Origin: Polyangiales bacterium
GTDB lineage: Bacteria; Myxococcota_A; Polyangia; Polyangiales; JADJQN01
Direction: 5' to 3'
Length of the DNA stretch: 64,000 nt
NCBI GenBank assembly: GCA_964202905.1
Contig: CAXNJO010000003.1
Location: 727,776 to 791,775, forward strand
The notes beneath the pieces were generated by a model. It made no database searches. It saw only the letters and a program-made list of their open reading frames with translations, and was not told where the DNA came from. Made by a program: the position numbers and the translations under genes. Shown in pieces: positions 23,266 through 32,816 of this stretch. Position 1 is the stretch's first letter; every line of letters starts with the position of its first letter.

Positions 23266-24278
23266 TCTTCGCCTCCCTCTGCCGCGTTGGTCGAGGCGGC
23301 AGGATACCGACTCCCTCGCGCGAGCACGACACGGTCGCGGCCGCCGCGCTTCGCGTCGTAGAGCGCGCTGTCCGCGGCCTCGAGGAGCACCGCGCGCGTC
23401 AGGCGCGCCCCGGGCGGCCCGTCGCAGAACGACACGCCCACGCTCGCCGTCACGCGGGAGACGCCCGCCTCGGGCGGCAGCGTCAAGTCGCGGATCGCGC
23501 TCCAATAACGCTCGCCGATCGCGACCGCCGCCTCCGGCCGCGCGCCGCGCGCGATCACGACGAACTCTTCGCCGCCGTAGCGCGCCGCGATGTCGCCGCT
23601 GCGGGCGCGCGCGCCGAGCCGCGCGGCGACTTGCTTCAACACGCTGTCGCCCGCGGCGTGGCCGTGCGTGTCGTTGACCGACTTGAAGAAGTCGAGGTCG
23701 AGCATCACGACGACGACCGGCTCGCCGCTCTGCAGCGAGGAGTCGAGCGCCTCGTCCGCCGCGCGGCGGTTCGCGAGCCCGGTGAGCGGATCGCGGAGCG
23801 CTGCGGCGAGCAGCGACGCGCCGCGGCTGCGCACCCAGGCGAGCAGCTCGCGCTCGCGGCGGTTGCGCAGCTGCACGTGGACGCGCGCGCGGAGCTCGGC
23901 GATCCGCGAGGGCGTGACGATGTAGTCGTCGGCGCCGCACATCAGCCCGCTCACGACGCTCTCCTCATCGCCGACGCCGCACGTCACGAGGATGATCGGC
24001 GTCAACATCATCTCGTCCATCATCCGCAGATCGGCGCAGATCGCGAGCCCCGACGCGCCGGGGAGCAGCACGTCGAGCAGCACGAGATCGGGCGGGCGCG
24101 CCTTCACGAGCTCGAAGAGCCCCTCGCCGTCCGGCAGCAGATCGACCTCGTACCCCTCGGACTCGAGCACGCGCGCGAAGAGATACCGACGCGCTTCGTC
24201 GTCGTCGACGACGAGCACCCGGCGCGGCCGATCGGGCGGGGGTGGGAGACTCAGCGCGGTCGGGGGGATGGTGGCCAC
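23262..24278 (-). CDS. REC-GGDEF diguanylate cyclase (PleD/WspR-like)
   Basis: VLVVDDD, LLDVLLPG; DPLTGLANRR, RSGD I-site, GGEEF; start uncertain. Confidence 0.88.
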   Translation of the reverse strand: MATIPPTALSLPPPPDRPRRVLVVDDDEARRYLFARVLESEGYEVDLLPDGEGLFELVKARPPDLVLLDVLLPGASGLAICADLRMMDEMMLTPIILVTCGVGDEESVVSGLMCGADDYIVTPSRIAELRARVHVQLRNRRERELLAWVRSRGASLLAAALRDPLTGLANRRAADEALDSSLQSGEPVVVVMLDLDFFKSVNDTHGHAAGDSVLKQVAARLGARARSGDIAARYGGEEFVVIARGARPEAAVAIGERYWSAIRDLTLPPEAGVSRVTASVGVSFCDGPPGARLTRAVLLEAADSALYDAKRGGRDRVVLARGSRYPAASTNAAEGGEE

Positions 24279-24512
24279 GAGACCTCCGCGGGGGGCTGGG
24301 GGATGCGCGAGCCCGGGGCCCGCTGCGCGGCCGGGGAGGTAGCACGCCCGTGGGCATGGACGATGGGACTTCGGGTTCGCATCCGGAGTCGTTGGGGGCT
24401 GGGAGGAGAATCGACGGGTCGACCGAGTTTCTTGAGCGGTTCCCCTCCTCGCCGCCGGCAGTGTGCCGGGACCGACCCGCGAACGCGACGGGAAAGAAGG
24501 TTCGATTTTCTG

Positions 24513-24541
24513 CTCAAGGCCGGATCGCCCCCGACCGAAGA
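24513..24541 (+). promoter_or_regulatory. sigma28 promoter of fliC
   Basis: CTCAAG-N15-ACCGAAGA. Confidence 0.7.
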
Positions 24542-24611
24542 GATGTCTGCGGCGGAGATGTCGCCCGGACGTCAAGACGACGACCGGTTACCTCAAGGAA
24601 GAGAGAACACC

Positions 24612-25451
24612 ATGGCCATCAGCATCAAGACGAACGTCGAGTCCCTCGGCGCACAGCGCAACCTGAACCAGACGCAGAAGGCCCTCGCGGCGAACTTCGG
24701 GCGTCTGTCGAGCGGCTTGCGTATCAACACGGCAGCGGACGACGCCGCCGGCCTCGCGATCAGCGAGCGACTGAAGTCGCAGATCCGCTCGATGACGCAG
24801 GCCGAGCGCAACGCGAACGACGGCATCAGCCTCCTGCAGACCGCCGAAGGCGCGATGAACGAGAACAGCGGCCTGCTCATCCGCATGCGTGAGCTTGCGA
24901 TGCAGTCCTCGACGGACACCGTCGGCACGGCGGAGAAGGCCCTGCTCCAGACGGAGTTCAACGAGCTGACGGAGGAGATCGGCCGCATCGCGTCGGTCAC
25001 GCAGTTCAACGGCGTGACCCTCCTCGACGGCACGACCACCGCCTTCAATTTCCAGGTCGGCATCGGCACCACGGCGTCGGACACCATCACCGCCGACATG
25101 GAGTCGCTCACCAGCACGTCCTACGGCGCGAGCGGCAGCGACCTCACCACGCTCGACATCTCGACGACCACGGGCGCGCAGGCGGCGCTCACCATGCTCG
25201 ACACCGCGATCTCCGACACCTCGCAGTCCCGCTCGACCCTCGGGTCGGTGCAGAACCGCCTCCAGGTGACGACCGCGAACCTCATGAGCACGCGCGAGAA
25301 CCTCAGCGCCGCGAACTCGCGTATCCGCGACGTCGACGTGGCGGAGGAGAGCTCCGCGATGACCCGCAACAACATCCTGATGCAGGCCGGCGTCTCGGTG
25401 CTGTCGCAGGCGAACCAGGCTCCGCAGACGGCTCTCTCGCTGCTCCGCTGA
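24612..25451 (+). CDS. fliC: Flagellin (279 aa)
   Basis: RLSSGLRINTAADDAAGLAISE, QNRL, SRIRDVDVAEE, QANQAPQ. Confidence 0.98.
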   Translation: MAISIKTNVESLGAQRNLNQTQKALAANFGRLSSGLRINTAADDAAGLAISERLKSQIRSMTQAERNANDGISLLQTAEGAMNENSGLLIRMRELAMQSSTDTVGTAEKALLQTEFNELTEEIGRIASVTQFNGVTLLDGTTTAFNFQVGIGTTASDTITADMESLTSTSYGASGSDLTTLDISTTTGAQAALTMLDTAISDTSQSRSTLGSVQNRLQVTTANLMSTRENLSAANSRIRDVDVAEESSAMTRNNILMQAGVSVLSQANQAPQTALSLLR

Positions 25452-25578
25452 TCCCGCGTCGCAGGGAGGCCGGGCGCGCTCACTCGGTGCATCGGCACCG
25501 GGCTGAGGCGTCGGGCCTCCCCTCGGCCCGTTCTGCGTCCCGCGCGTCTTCCCCGGCCTCTGCGAAGGGAGTTCCACC

Positions 25579-26922
25579 GTGCCTGTTGCCTCATTCAGCG
25601 GACTCGCCTCGGGCATCGACTCGACCGCCCTCATCAGCGGCCTCGTGGGGATCGCGCGCCAGCCGATCACGCGGCTCCAGAAGGAGCAGTCGACCCTCAG
25701 CCAGCAGGCCGCGCGCGTCGACGATCTGCGCTCGAAACTCTCCACGTTTCGCACCGCCGCGCAGGCCCTGAACTCCACGCAGGAGGTGCTCGCGACGAAG
25801 GCGAGCTCCGCGGACGCCACGATCGTCAAGGTCACCGCCGGCGCGGACGCCACGACGAGCGCGTACGACATCCACGTCACCTCGCTCGCGACCTCCACGC
25901 GCGCCTACGCGAATCCCGTCGCGGCGAAGGACCAGACCGGCCTCTTCGGCACGGGCACGCTCTCCCTCACGATCGGCACGACCACGACCGACATCACGGT
26001 CGACGCGAGCGACACGCTCGCCTCGGTCGCCGGCAAGATCAACGACGCCGACATCGGCGCGGTCGCCGGCCTCTTCTTCGACGGCACGAACTGGCGGCTC
26101 TCCGTGAACGGCACGGCCACCGGCGCGGCCAACGCCGTGGGCTTCGCCGAGGCGGGCGGCCTCACGCTGGGTCTCTCCGGTCCGGCGAACCTCGTGCAGC
26201 CCGCGCTCGACGCGGTCTTCGAGGTCGATGGCTTCGGGGTGACGAGCGCGTCGAACACGGTGAGCACCGCGATCGAGGGCGTGACCCTCGAGCTCGTGAA
26301 TGCGTCGCCCACGACCGCCTCGACCGGCGTGAAGATCGACCGCGACCCCGCTGCGCTCGAGACGAAGGTCAACGACTTCGCCAAAGCCTACAACGACGTG
26401 ATGGCCGCGATCGACGCGGAGACGCCGAGGAACGGCGTCCCGCGCGCGGGCGCGCTCAGCGGCGACGCGACGCTGCGCAGCATCCAGGCGCGCCTCCGAA
26501 ACGTCGTCGGGCAGGACGTCGCCGGGCTCACCGGCAACTACAAGACGCTCGCGTCGGTGGGTATCTCGCTCGGCCGCACCGGCACGATGTCCGTCAACGC
26601 CACGAAGCTCACTGCGGCCGCGGCCGCCGACCCGATGGGCGTCGCCTCGCTCTTCGCGGCCGAGGGCACCTCGACCGGCCTGATGCGGACGATCGACACG
26701 ACGCTCGAGGGCTACGTCAAGACCAGCACGGGCGTTCTCTCGACCAAATCGAAGGGCCTCCGCGACCGGGCGAACACCCTCAACGACCGCATCGACGGGA
26801 TGGAGCGCCGCGTCTCGAAGTACGAGGACACCCTGAAGCGGCAGTTCGTCTCGCTCGAGCAGCTCGTCTCCGGGCTCAACGCGCAGAGCAACCAGCTCGC
26901 CAGCATCACCCGGAATCTCTGA
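25579..26922 (+). CDS. fliD: Filament cap FliD
   Basis: FSGLASGIDS, IEGVTLEL, LKRQFVSLE. Confidence 0.95.
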   Translation: MPVASFSGLASGIDSTALISGLVGIARQPITRLQKEQSTLSQQAARVDDLRSKLSTFRTAAQALNSTQEVLATKASSADATIVKVTAGADATTSAYDIHVTSLATSTRAYANPVAAKDQTGLFGTGTLSLTIGTTTTDITVDASDTLASVAGKINDADIGAVAGLFFDGTNWRLSVNGTATGAANAVGFAEAGGLTLGLSGPANLVQPALDAVFEVDGFGVTSASNTVSTAIEGVTLELVNASPTTASTGVKIDRDPAALETKVNDFAKAYNDVMAAIDAETPRNGVPRAGALSGDATLRSIQARLRNVVGQDVAGLTGNYKTLASVGISLGRTGTMSVNATKLTAAAAADPMGVASLFAAEGTSTGLMRTIDTTLEGYVKTSTGVLSTKSKGLRDRANTLNDRIDGMERRVSKYEDTLKRQFVSLEQLVSGLNAQSNQLASITRNL

Positions 26923-26991
26923 TCCGCATGCCGAACCCCCTTCCCATCCCGCCCCCCAACCACCCACAATCGACACCCACGAGGTGAGGCG

Positions 26992-27366
26992 ATGTCGTTC
27001 GCAGTCGCTCAATATCAAGCCAGTCGCATCGAGACATCCTCACCGGTGCAGATCGTCGTCACCCTCTACGACGGGGCGCTCCGCTTCCTGCGCACGGGCA
27101 TCAACGCCCTTCAGGTGGGCGACATCGCGGGCAAGGGCATCGCCCTGACCAAAGCCCACGCGATCATCACCGAGCTCCTCGTGACGCTGAACCACGAGGC
27201 CGCCCCGGAGATCTCCGGGCAGCTCGAGGCGATCTACTCCTTCGTCCTCGACCGCATCCTCCGCGCGAACGCGGAGTGCGACGAGAAGCTGATCGACGAG
27301 GCCATCCGCGCGCTGCTCCCGCTGCGCGACGCCTGGGCGCAGCTCGCGCGCACGGGCCACCCATGA
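26992..27366 (+). CDS. fliS: Flagellin chaperone FliS
   Basis: SPVQIVVTLYDGAL, L..IY, LRDAW. Confidence 0.93.
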   Translation: MSFAVAQYQASRIETSSPVQIVVTLYDGALRFLRTGINALQVGDIAGKGIALTKAHAIITELLVTLNHEAAPEISGQLEAIYSFVLDRILRANAECDEKLIDEAIRALLPLRDAWAQLARTGHP

Positions 27367-27725
27367 CCCAAGGCGGCGCCGCCGACGCGCAGTTCCTCGC
27401 GCTCGTGACCGAGCTCGAAGCGCTGACGTTCGATCCGGCGGGCGCCGACCTCGAGCCCCTCGTCGAAGACTTGACGCGGCGTCAACGGATCCTCGACGCC
27501 CTCGCGGAGACCGACACCACGCAGCTCGCCGCCGAGACCCGGCGCACGGCGCGCGCGCGGATGGAGGCCGTGCAGCGCCGGGATGCCGCGGCCCTCGCCG
27601 CCCTCGCGTCGCGACGCGCGGAAATCCTCGAATCCCTTGAGGATTCGGGCCGTGCTCGGGAGGCCGCGCGGGGCTATCGCGCGGCCGCCGCGGACGAGCG
27701 CACGCCGAGCCGCGGAGCCCTCTAG
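27363..27725 (+). CDS. FliT-like helical protein
   Basis: Coupled to fliS; about 120 aa helical protein with RRQRIL and a C-terminal Y. Confidence 0.55.
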   Translation: MTQGGAADAQFLALVTELEALTFDPAGADLEPLVEDLTRRQRILDALAETDTTQLAAETRRTARARMEAVQRRDAAALAALASRRAEILESLEDSGRAREAARGYRAAAADERTPSRGAL

Positions 27726-27742
27726 CGGCGCAGATTTCGGGC

Positions 27743-27758
27743 AGGCACGGCAGTTGCT
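27743..27758 (+). promoter_or_regulatory. sigma54 -24/-12 promoter
   Basis: AGGCACGGCAGTTGCT (GG-N10-GC). Confidence 0.7.
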
Positions 27759-27770
27759 TTGATGCCCTGC

Positions 27771-28511
27771 ATGCCCACGATGCTCCGCCACTTTCCGACG
27801 CATCCCTTCTACGACACCGACACGTTCGCGGCCTCCGAGCGGGACCCGCACTTCCGCATCACGCGCGCCCTCGAGCGCTCGCGGACGGAGCTGGAGACGG
27901 TCCTCATCGAGGTGAAGCGGACGACCTCCGCGACCCGACGCCTCGAGCTCGTCGACCGCGCGCTGCGCCTGCACTTCCTCGGCTCGCGGCTCGGGCGCCG
28001 CCTCTCGCTCCTCGGCGACGGCGGGCTGCTGACGCTCTCGGCGATCCGCGAGGCCGACGTCGCGAGCGTCATCCGCGAGTGCGCGTTCGAGATCGCGCCG
28101 GAGTGCCGCCGGCGCCACATCGTCCTCGAGCTGCGCCTCGACCCGAGGCTGCCCTCGACGTGGATCGACACCGAGCAGTTCGCCGAGGCGATGCGCTGCA
28201 TCCTCGACGACGCGATGGCCGCGTTGCCCGAGCAGGGCACGCTCTTCGTCGAGGCGCGCAGCGACGGCTACGGAATCGCCCTGATGGTGCACGACGACCG
28301 CCCGCGCGACGGGGGCCTCAGTCTCGACGCCGGCGAGCTCTACGTCGCGGCGCGGTTCGCGGACGCGCTCGACGGCGACCTCGAGCGGCGCGTCATCGGT
28401 TCCGGCGCGTCGGCGCTCACCGAGACGATCCTCCGCATCCCCGAGGTGCGCGCGGTCGGGCTCACGGCCGAGACCGCGCCGCCGTCCGCCGGCTCGTCGA
28501 AGGCGGCATGA
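27771..28511 (+). CDS. Degenerate histidine-kinase ATPase-like protein
   Basis: LDPRLPSTWID.EQF.EAM..ILDDAMAALP..GTL; N-box and G1 box altered. Confidence 0.55.
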   Translation: MPTMLRHFPTHPFYDTDTFAASERDPHFRITRALERSRTELETVLIEVKRTTSATRRLELVDRALRLHFLGSRLGRRLSLLGDGGLLTLSAIREADVASVIRECAFEIAPECRRRHIVLELRLDPRLPSTWIDTEQFAEAMRCILDDAMAALPEQGTLFVEARSDGYGIALMVHDDRPRDGGLSLDAGELYVAARFADALDGDLERRVIGSGASALTETILRIPEVRAVGLTAETAPPSAGSSKAA

Positions 28512-29029
28512 GCCGCGCGCTCCCGCCGCTCGCGCTCGCAGCCTTCCTCGCGACGTTCGCGCTCCCCGCCGGCGTCGATGCGCAGACGCGCTCGTACGCC
28601 GCGTCGCTCACGGGCGGCAGCGGGCTCTCCATCGGCAACGGCGCGCAGACCGCCGTCCTCGCGCGGACGCCCGTCTTCGTCGACGTCGCGCTGCGCACGA
28701 CGCGCAGCGACGAGCCCACCTTCGCGTGGGGTGGCGCGTTGCGCGTCGAGGTCGACGGCCGCGTGGGCATCGGCGGCGTCGCGCGCGCCGAGCTGGTGCA
28801 CCCCCTCGGGCCGGTCGCGCTGCGCGCCGGGATCGGCGTGCCGTTCTTCTTCGCGCCGTACGTCTTGCTCGGCGTCGAGGGCTCGCTCACGCTGCGGTGG
28901 CCCGCGACAGCCCCCATCGCCGCGACCGCGTCGATCCTGCTCGATGCCTTCTTCGCCGGCAGCGACCTCCCGCGCAACAGCGCGCTCTTCATGGCCAACG
29001 GAGCCCTCGGTGTCGACTTCCTCTTCTAG
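28508..29029 (+). CDS. Hypothetical exported protein, possibly a small OM beta-barrel
   Basis: Signal peptide, alternating strands, C-terminal LGVDFLF. Confidence 0.55.
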   Translation: MSRALPPLALAAFLATFALPAGVDAQTRSYAASLTGGSGLSIGNGAQTAVLARTPVFVDVALRTTRSDEPTFAWGGALRVEVDGRVGIGGVARAELVHPLGPVALRAGIGVPFFFAPYVLLGVEGSLTLRWPATAPIAATASILLDAFFAGSDLPRNSALFMANGALGVDFLF

Positions 29030-29030
29030 C

Positions 29031-29396
29031 GTGCCTGTCGACCCGCGGGTCACGGTGGGCTTCGCGTGTGCCCCACGCTCGCCACACCGCCGCCCGCTGC
29101 GTCGTGCGTTCAGCGCCGCCGCGTGGCTCGTCGCGGCCGCCGTGTGCGCCATGCTCGGTGCGTGCACCCCCGACGCGTGCCTCCGCGAGAGCGACTGCGC
29201 CGCCGGCTTCACGTGCACGGCCGGCGCCTGCACCGAGGACCCGGTCGACGCCGGCCGCGCCGATGCCGGCACGCTCGACGCAGGCCCCCGCGACGCCTCG
29301 GCCGCCGACGCCGGCCCGCGCGACGCCGGCCCCACGGACGGCGCGACGACCGAGGTCGACGCAGGCACGGACGCCGGCAGCGACGCAGGCGCCTGA
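29031..29396 (+). CDS. Small Cys-rich lipoprotein with DAG repeats
   Basis: LGAC lipobox, C-x4-DC..GFTC..GAC, repeated DAG; start uncertain. Confidence 0.5.
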   Translation: MPVDPRVTVGFACAPRSPHRRPLRRAFSAAAWLVAAAVCAMLGACTPDACLRESDCAAGFTCTAGACTEDPVDAGRADAGTLDAGPRDASAADAGPRDAGPTDGATTEVDAGTDAGSDAGA

Positions 29397-29482
29397 CCCC
29401 CCGCCGCGCTCAGCCCCGCGGTGGCGCGCGCCAACCGCCGCGCAGCCCGGGCAGCACGGCCAGGCGCCCGCGACGTTCGGTT

Positions 29483-29540
29483 TCGCGGAACGTCGCAACG
29501 AGGTTGCGACATCGCGGAACGTCGCAACGGGGTTGCGACA
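29483..29540. repeat. Two 29-bp direct repeats, each containing the palindrome GTCGCAAC-N3-GTTGCGAC
   Basis: Units 29483-29511 and 29512-29540, one mismatch, between convergent genes. Confidence 0.85.
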
Positions 29541-29580
29541 TCACGGGGTTGCGGTGTCGTCGCGCGTGGCGACGAGGGCG

Positions 29581-30183
29581 CTACATCGACGCGAGCAGCG
29601 CCTTGTCGGCGACTTCGTCGAGCGGGGCTTGCGGCGACAAGCCGGAGGTGTCGAGCACCACCTGCACGCCGAAGCGCTCGGTCATCGAGATGACGACGGG
29701 CGCGAGCAGGTTCGCGCTCGGCGGGCCGCCATCGCCCGGGATGACGAGCACGACCGCCACGACCGCGGACTCGAGCGGGATGCCCGACGCGGCGCACGCG
29801 GCCTCGAGCGGATAATCGGGGAACCACGTCGCCGCGTCCGCGACGACGAAGCGGATGGCCGGGTCGTCCTCGGCGACGAGCAGTCGCAGCGAGGGCGCGC
29901 CGGGCACCTCGCAAGGGAAGAAACGCGTGTAGACGCGGAGGCCGAGGAAGCCGCCGCGAATCTCGAGCACTTCTTCGCCGGACGGCACGGACAGGGCCAG
30001 GGATTGCAGCGCGCGGCGGTTCTCCGCTTCGATGCGCTCCACCACCTCGCCGCGATGGATCGAGACCGTGCGCGGCGCCGTGACGCCGACGCGCACACGC
30101 CCGCCCCCGACGTCGAGGATGGTGACCTCGATGTCACCGCCGATCACGATGCGCTCGCCTGCGCGGCGCGTGAAGGTGAGCAT
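29581..30183 (-). CDS. csrA: CsrA-FliW fusion protein
   Basis: Residues 1-60 MLTFTRRAGERIVIG..VRVGVTAP..IHRGE..ENRRA (CsrA); remainder GGFLG, FVVAD..FPDY, ANLLAPVVI, QVVL (FliW). Confidence 0.85.
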   Translation of the reverse strand: MLTFTRRAGERIVIGGDIEVTILDVGGGRVRVGVTAPRTVSIHRGEVVERIEAENRRALQSLALSVPSGEEVLEIRGGFLGLRVYTRFFPCEVPGAPSLRLLVAEDDPAIRFVVADAATWFPDYPLEAACAASGIPLESAVVAVVLVIPGDGGPPSANLLAPVVISMTERFGVQVVLDTSGLSPQAPLDEVADKALLASM

Positions 30184-31067
30184 CAGCGACCGCCGCCGAC
30201 GAGCCCCGGGAAGGGCAGGCGCGACGCCACGGCGACCGCCGCCTCGAGCGCGCGCTCGGCGTTCAACAGCTCGGAGTATGCGCGGTACGGGTCAACCTCG
30301 ACCTGCTCCGCGCGCGACGCGGCGCTGCGATCCTTCACGAGCTCCGCCGTCGACAGGGTCACCTCGAAGCCGCGGATCTGCCCGCCGAGCTCGACGCGCG
30401 AGCCGTTGACCTGCTGGGCCGACGCGTCGAGGCCGGCGATGGTCGCGCGCACGGCGTCCGGGTCGTTGGCGTCGAGCGCCGTCGCGAGCTGCTCGAGCGT
30501 CGCGAGGACGTCCGTCCCGGTGCCGGCGCCGAACGTCGTCGCGCCGGACACGCTCATGCTCAGCCGGAGGTAGGGCGCGACCTCGGCCTCCTTCACCTGA
30601 CCGTCGCCGCTGTAGGCACCCGTCACCGCGTCGAAGGGCGGCGCGCCGTCGCGGTAACCACCGAACACATACGTCCCATCGACCTCGCGGTTCGCGGCGT
30701 TGACGATCTCGAGACGCAGCTCCCGCGCAGCCGCAGCCGCGAAGGTGCGCTCGTTCGCCGTGTACGTGCCGTTCGCCATCTGCACGGCGAGCTCGCGGGC
30801 GCGGGCGAGCGCCTCGCCGGTCTCGGCGAGGGCCTGGTCGGCACCGATGGCGACCGACATCGCGTATTCCGAGGTGCGCGCGCTGGCGGTCGCCGTGGCC
30901 TCGCGCGCCGTGTCGCGGCGGCCGAGGGCGAACGCGACCGGGTCGTCCGAGGGTTTCTGGACACGCAGCCCGCTCGACGCGATGGACGTCGCGGCGGACG
31001 AGCGCTCGCGCGCGTTCGCGATCGCGCGCTGCCCCAGCTCGTGGACCATACCGTCGGATACACGCAC
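30183..31067 (-). CDS. flgL: Hook-filament junction FlgL
   Basis: SSGLRVQKPSDDP, MANGTY, YVFGG. Confidence 0.9.
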   Translation of the reverse strand: MRVSDGMVHELGQRAIANARERSSAATSIASSGLRVQKPSDDPVAFALGRRDTAREATATASARTSEYAMSVAIGADQALAETGEALARARELAVQMANGTYTANERTFAAAAARELRLEIVNAANREVDGTYVFGGYRDGAPPFDAVTGAYSGDGQVKEAEVAPYLRLSMSVSGATTFGAGTGTDVLATLEQLATALDANDPDAVRATIAGLDASAQQVNGSRVELGGQIRGFEVTLSTAELVKDRSAASRAEQVEVDPYRAYSELLNAERALEAAVAVASRLPFPGLVGGGR

Positions 31068-31069
31068 GG

Positions 31070-32455
31070 CTACCTCCTGAGGGCGAGTAGGCTGCTGAGC
31101 ATCTCATCCGCGACGCGGACGACCTCGAGCGATCCTTGGTAAGCGCGCTGGTAGCGGGTCAGGTTCATCATCTCTTCGTCGAGCGTCACACCGGAGATCG
31201 AGGACCGCAGCGCTTCGATCTGGACCTTCGCGTCGTCAGTGTACGCGCGATCGCGGATGGCTGTCCGCACCAAAGTTCCCACCTCCGCGCCCGCGTCGGA
31301 GAAGGCGTCGTTCGCGGTGCGCGTTCCGCCCGAGGCGAACGCGGTCGACGCGAGGGCCTGCAGCGCGAGGGCGTTGCGGTTGTCACCGGGCAGCGAGGTG
31401 ACGTCCGTCGCGGCCGCGAGGCGCCGCGGCTGGCCGGCGATGCTGGCCGAGAGCGTGATGTTCCCGGCCGCGCCTGCGGATGTGGCGGGCACGTCGAAGA
31501 GGTCGTTGCCGGTGCCGCCGTCGAGGTCGAAGCCCGTGGACTGCACGGCGTTGTAGGCGGTCGCGACGTCGAAGGCGAGCTGGTCGAGGCGCTGGGCCGC
31601 CGTGGTGATCGCGCCGTCGCGGGCGGCGACGAGGCCGGCGATGGTGCCGCCTTCCGCGTAGCTCGTGACGTCGACGGGCGCGCCGGCCTGGATGGCCGTG
31701 ACGCGCATGTCCCCCGAGCCGGGGGCCAGCGAGGCCGTGAGCAGGTGCGCCTGACCGTCGCGCGAGACGAGTTCCGTCCGGCCGCCGAGCAGCACCGTGA
31801 GCTGGCCGTCGTCCTGCGCGATCGTGGTGATCGTGATCTGGGAGGCGACCTCGCGGACGAACTGATCGCGGCGGTCACGCAGGTCGCCCGCCTCGCGGCC
31901 GTCGACCTCGGCCTTCGAGATCTCGGTGCCGAGCTGCGCGATCTGAATCAACCGCTCGTTGATCGTGCCGACCTCGTCGGCGAGCTTGCCGTTCGCGTCC
32001 GCGCGGGCCTCGGAGACGCGCGCGGAGGCCTCGTTGAAAGCGCGGGCGAGCCCATCGGCCGTCGAGAGCGCCGCCACGCGGGGGGCGTACTCGCCGGGCC
32101 GCGACGCGACCTCGGCGATCGCGGCCTGGAACGCGTCGAGCTGGACGCCGAGCCCGGAGTCGCCGAACACCTCGTCGACCGTCGTGAGCGCCTGGGCGCG
32201 GGCCGCCGCCTCGCCCGCGCTCGCGCGGACCCCGAGGAGGCGCTTCTCGACGAACGCGTCGACCACACGGTGATAGCCGACAGCGCGCGCGCCGTTGCCA
32301 CCCGCTGGCGCCGGGCCGAGCGGCGTGAGCATCGCGATGCGGCGGGTGTAGCCCTCCGTCGCGACGTTGGACGCCCCCTGCGACGCGACGTTGGCGCCGA
32401 ACGTGCCGGCCGCCATCCCGTTGGCGCCGACGTTCAGGAGGCTCATGACAGTCAC
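31070..32455 (-). CDS. flgK: Hook-filament junction FlgK
   Basis: NVATEGYTRR, DLRDRRD, SGVTLDEEMMNL..YQRAY. Confidence 0.93.
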   Translation of the reverse strand: MTVMSLLNVGANGMAAGTFGANVASQGASNVATEGYTRRIAMLTPLGPAPAGGNGARAVGYHRVVDAFVEKRLLGVRASAGEAAARAQALTTVDEVFGDSGLGVQLDAFQAAIAEVASRPGEYAPRVAALSTADGLARAFNEASARVSEARADANGKLADEVGTINERLIQIAQLGTEISKAEVDGREAGDLRDRRDQFVREVASQITITTIAQDDGQLTVLLGGRTELVSRDGQAHLLTASLAPGSGDMRVTAIQAGAPVDVTSYAEGGTIAGLVAARDGAITTAAQRLDQLAFDVATAYNAVQSTGFDLDGGTGNDLFDVPATSAGAAGNITLSASIAGQPRRLAAATDVTSLPGDNRNALALQALASTAFASGGTRTANDAFSDAGAEVGTLVRTAIRDRAYTDDAKVQIEALRSSISGVTLDEEMMNLTRYQRAYQGSLEVVRVADEMLSSLLALRR

Positions 32456-32814
32456 AGCGCCCCCCGCCTCCGCGGCGCGATCGACGGAGCACGGCGGCCC
32501 GCGGGGCTGTACATCGGCTCTTCGTCACCCACCAGCGAGCGGAGGCAAGAGACCAGGTGGCGGAGCAACATCAGGTTCTCCCGCGCGACATCCGCGAGTC
32601 GCCCGGCATTCGGGGGAAACACGCCAGCATGCTCGCCGAGCACCGCGTCCACCGCGCGCTGCTTTTCCGCTTGGATCGCGAGGAGCCGGTCGACGTCGGC
32701 CGAGAGGGCCGCGGCGCGCTCGGCGTCGAGCAACTCGGCGAGGCGCGCGACGGCATCCGGCGGCTCCACGGCGGCGAGCGGTGCTGTCCCGAAATCGATG
32801 GCGGCGGCGAGCAT
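32452..32814 (-). CDS. flgN: FlgN-like chaperone
   Basis: Between flgM and flgK; L..ER.A, EK, N..LL, Y..G pattern. Confidence 0.6.
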   Translation of the reverse strand: MLAAAIDFGTAPLAAVEPPDAVARLAELLDAERAAALSADVDRLLAIQAEKQRAVDAVLGEHAGVFPPNAGRLADVARENLMLLRHLVSCLRSLVGDEEPMYSPAGRRAPSIAPRRRGAL

Positions 32815-32816
32815 GG

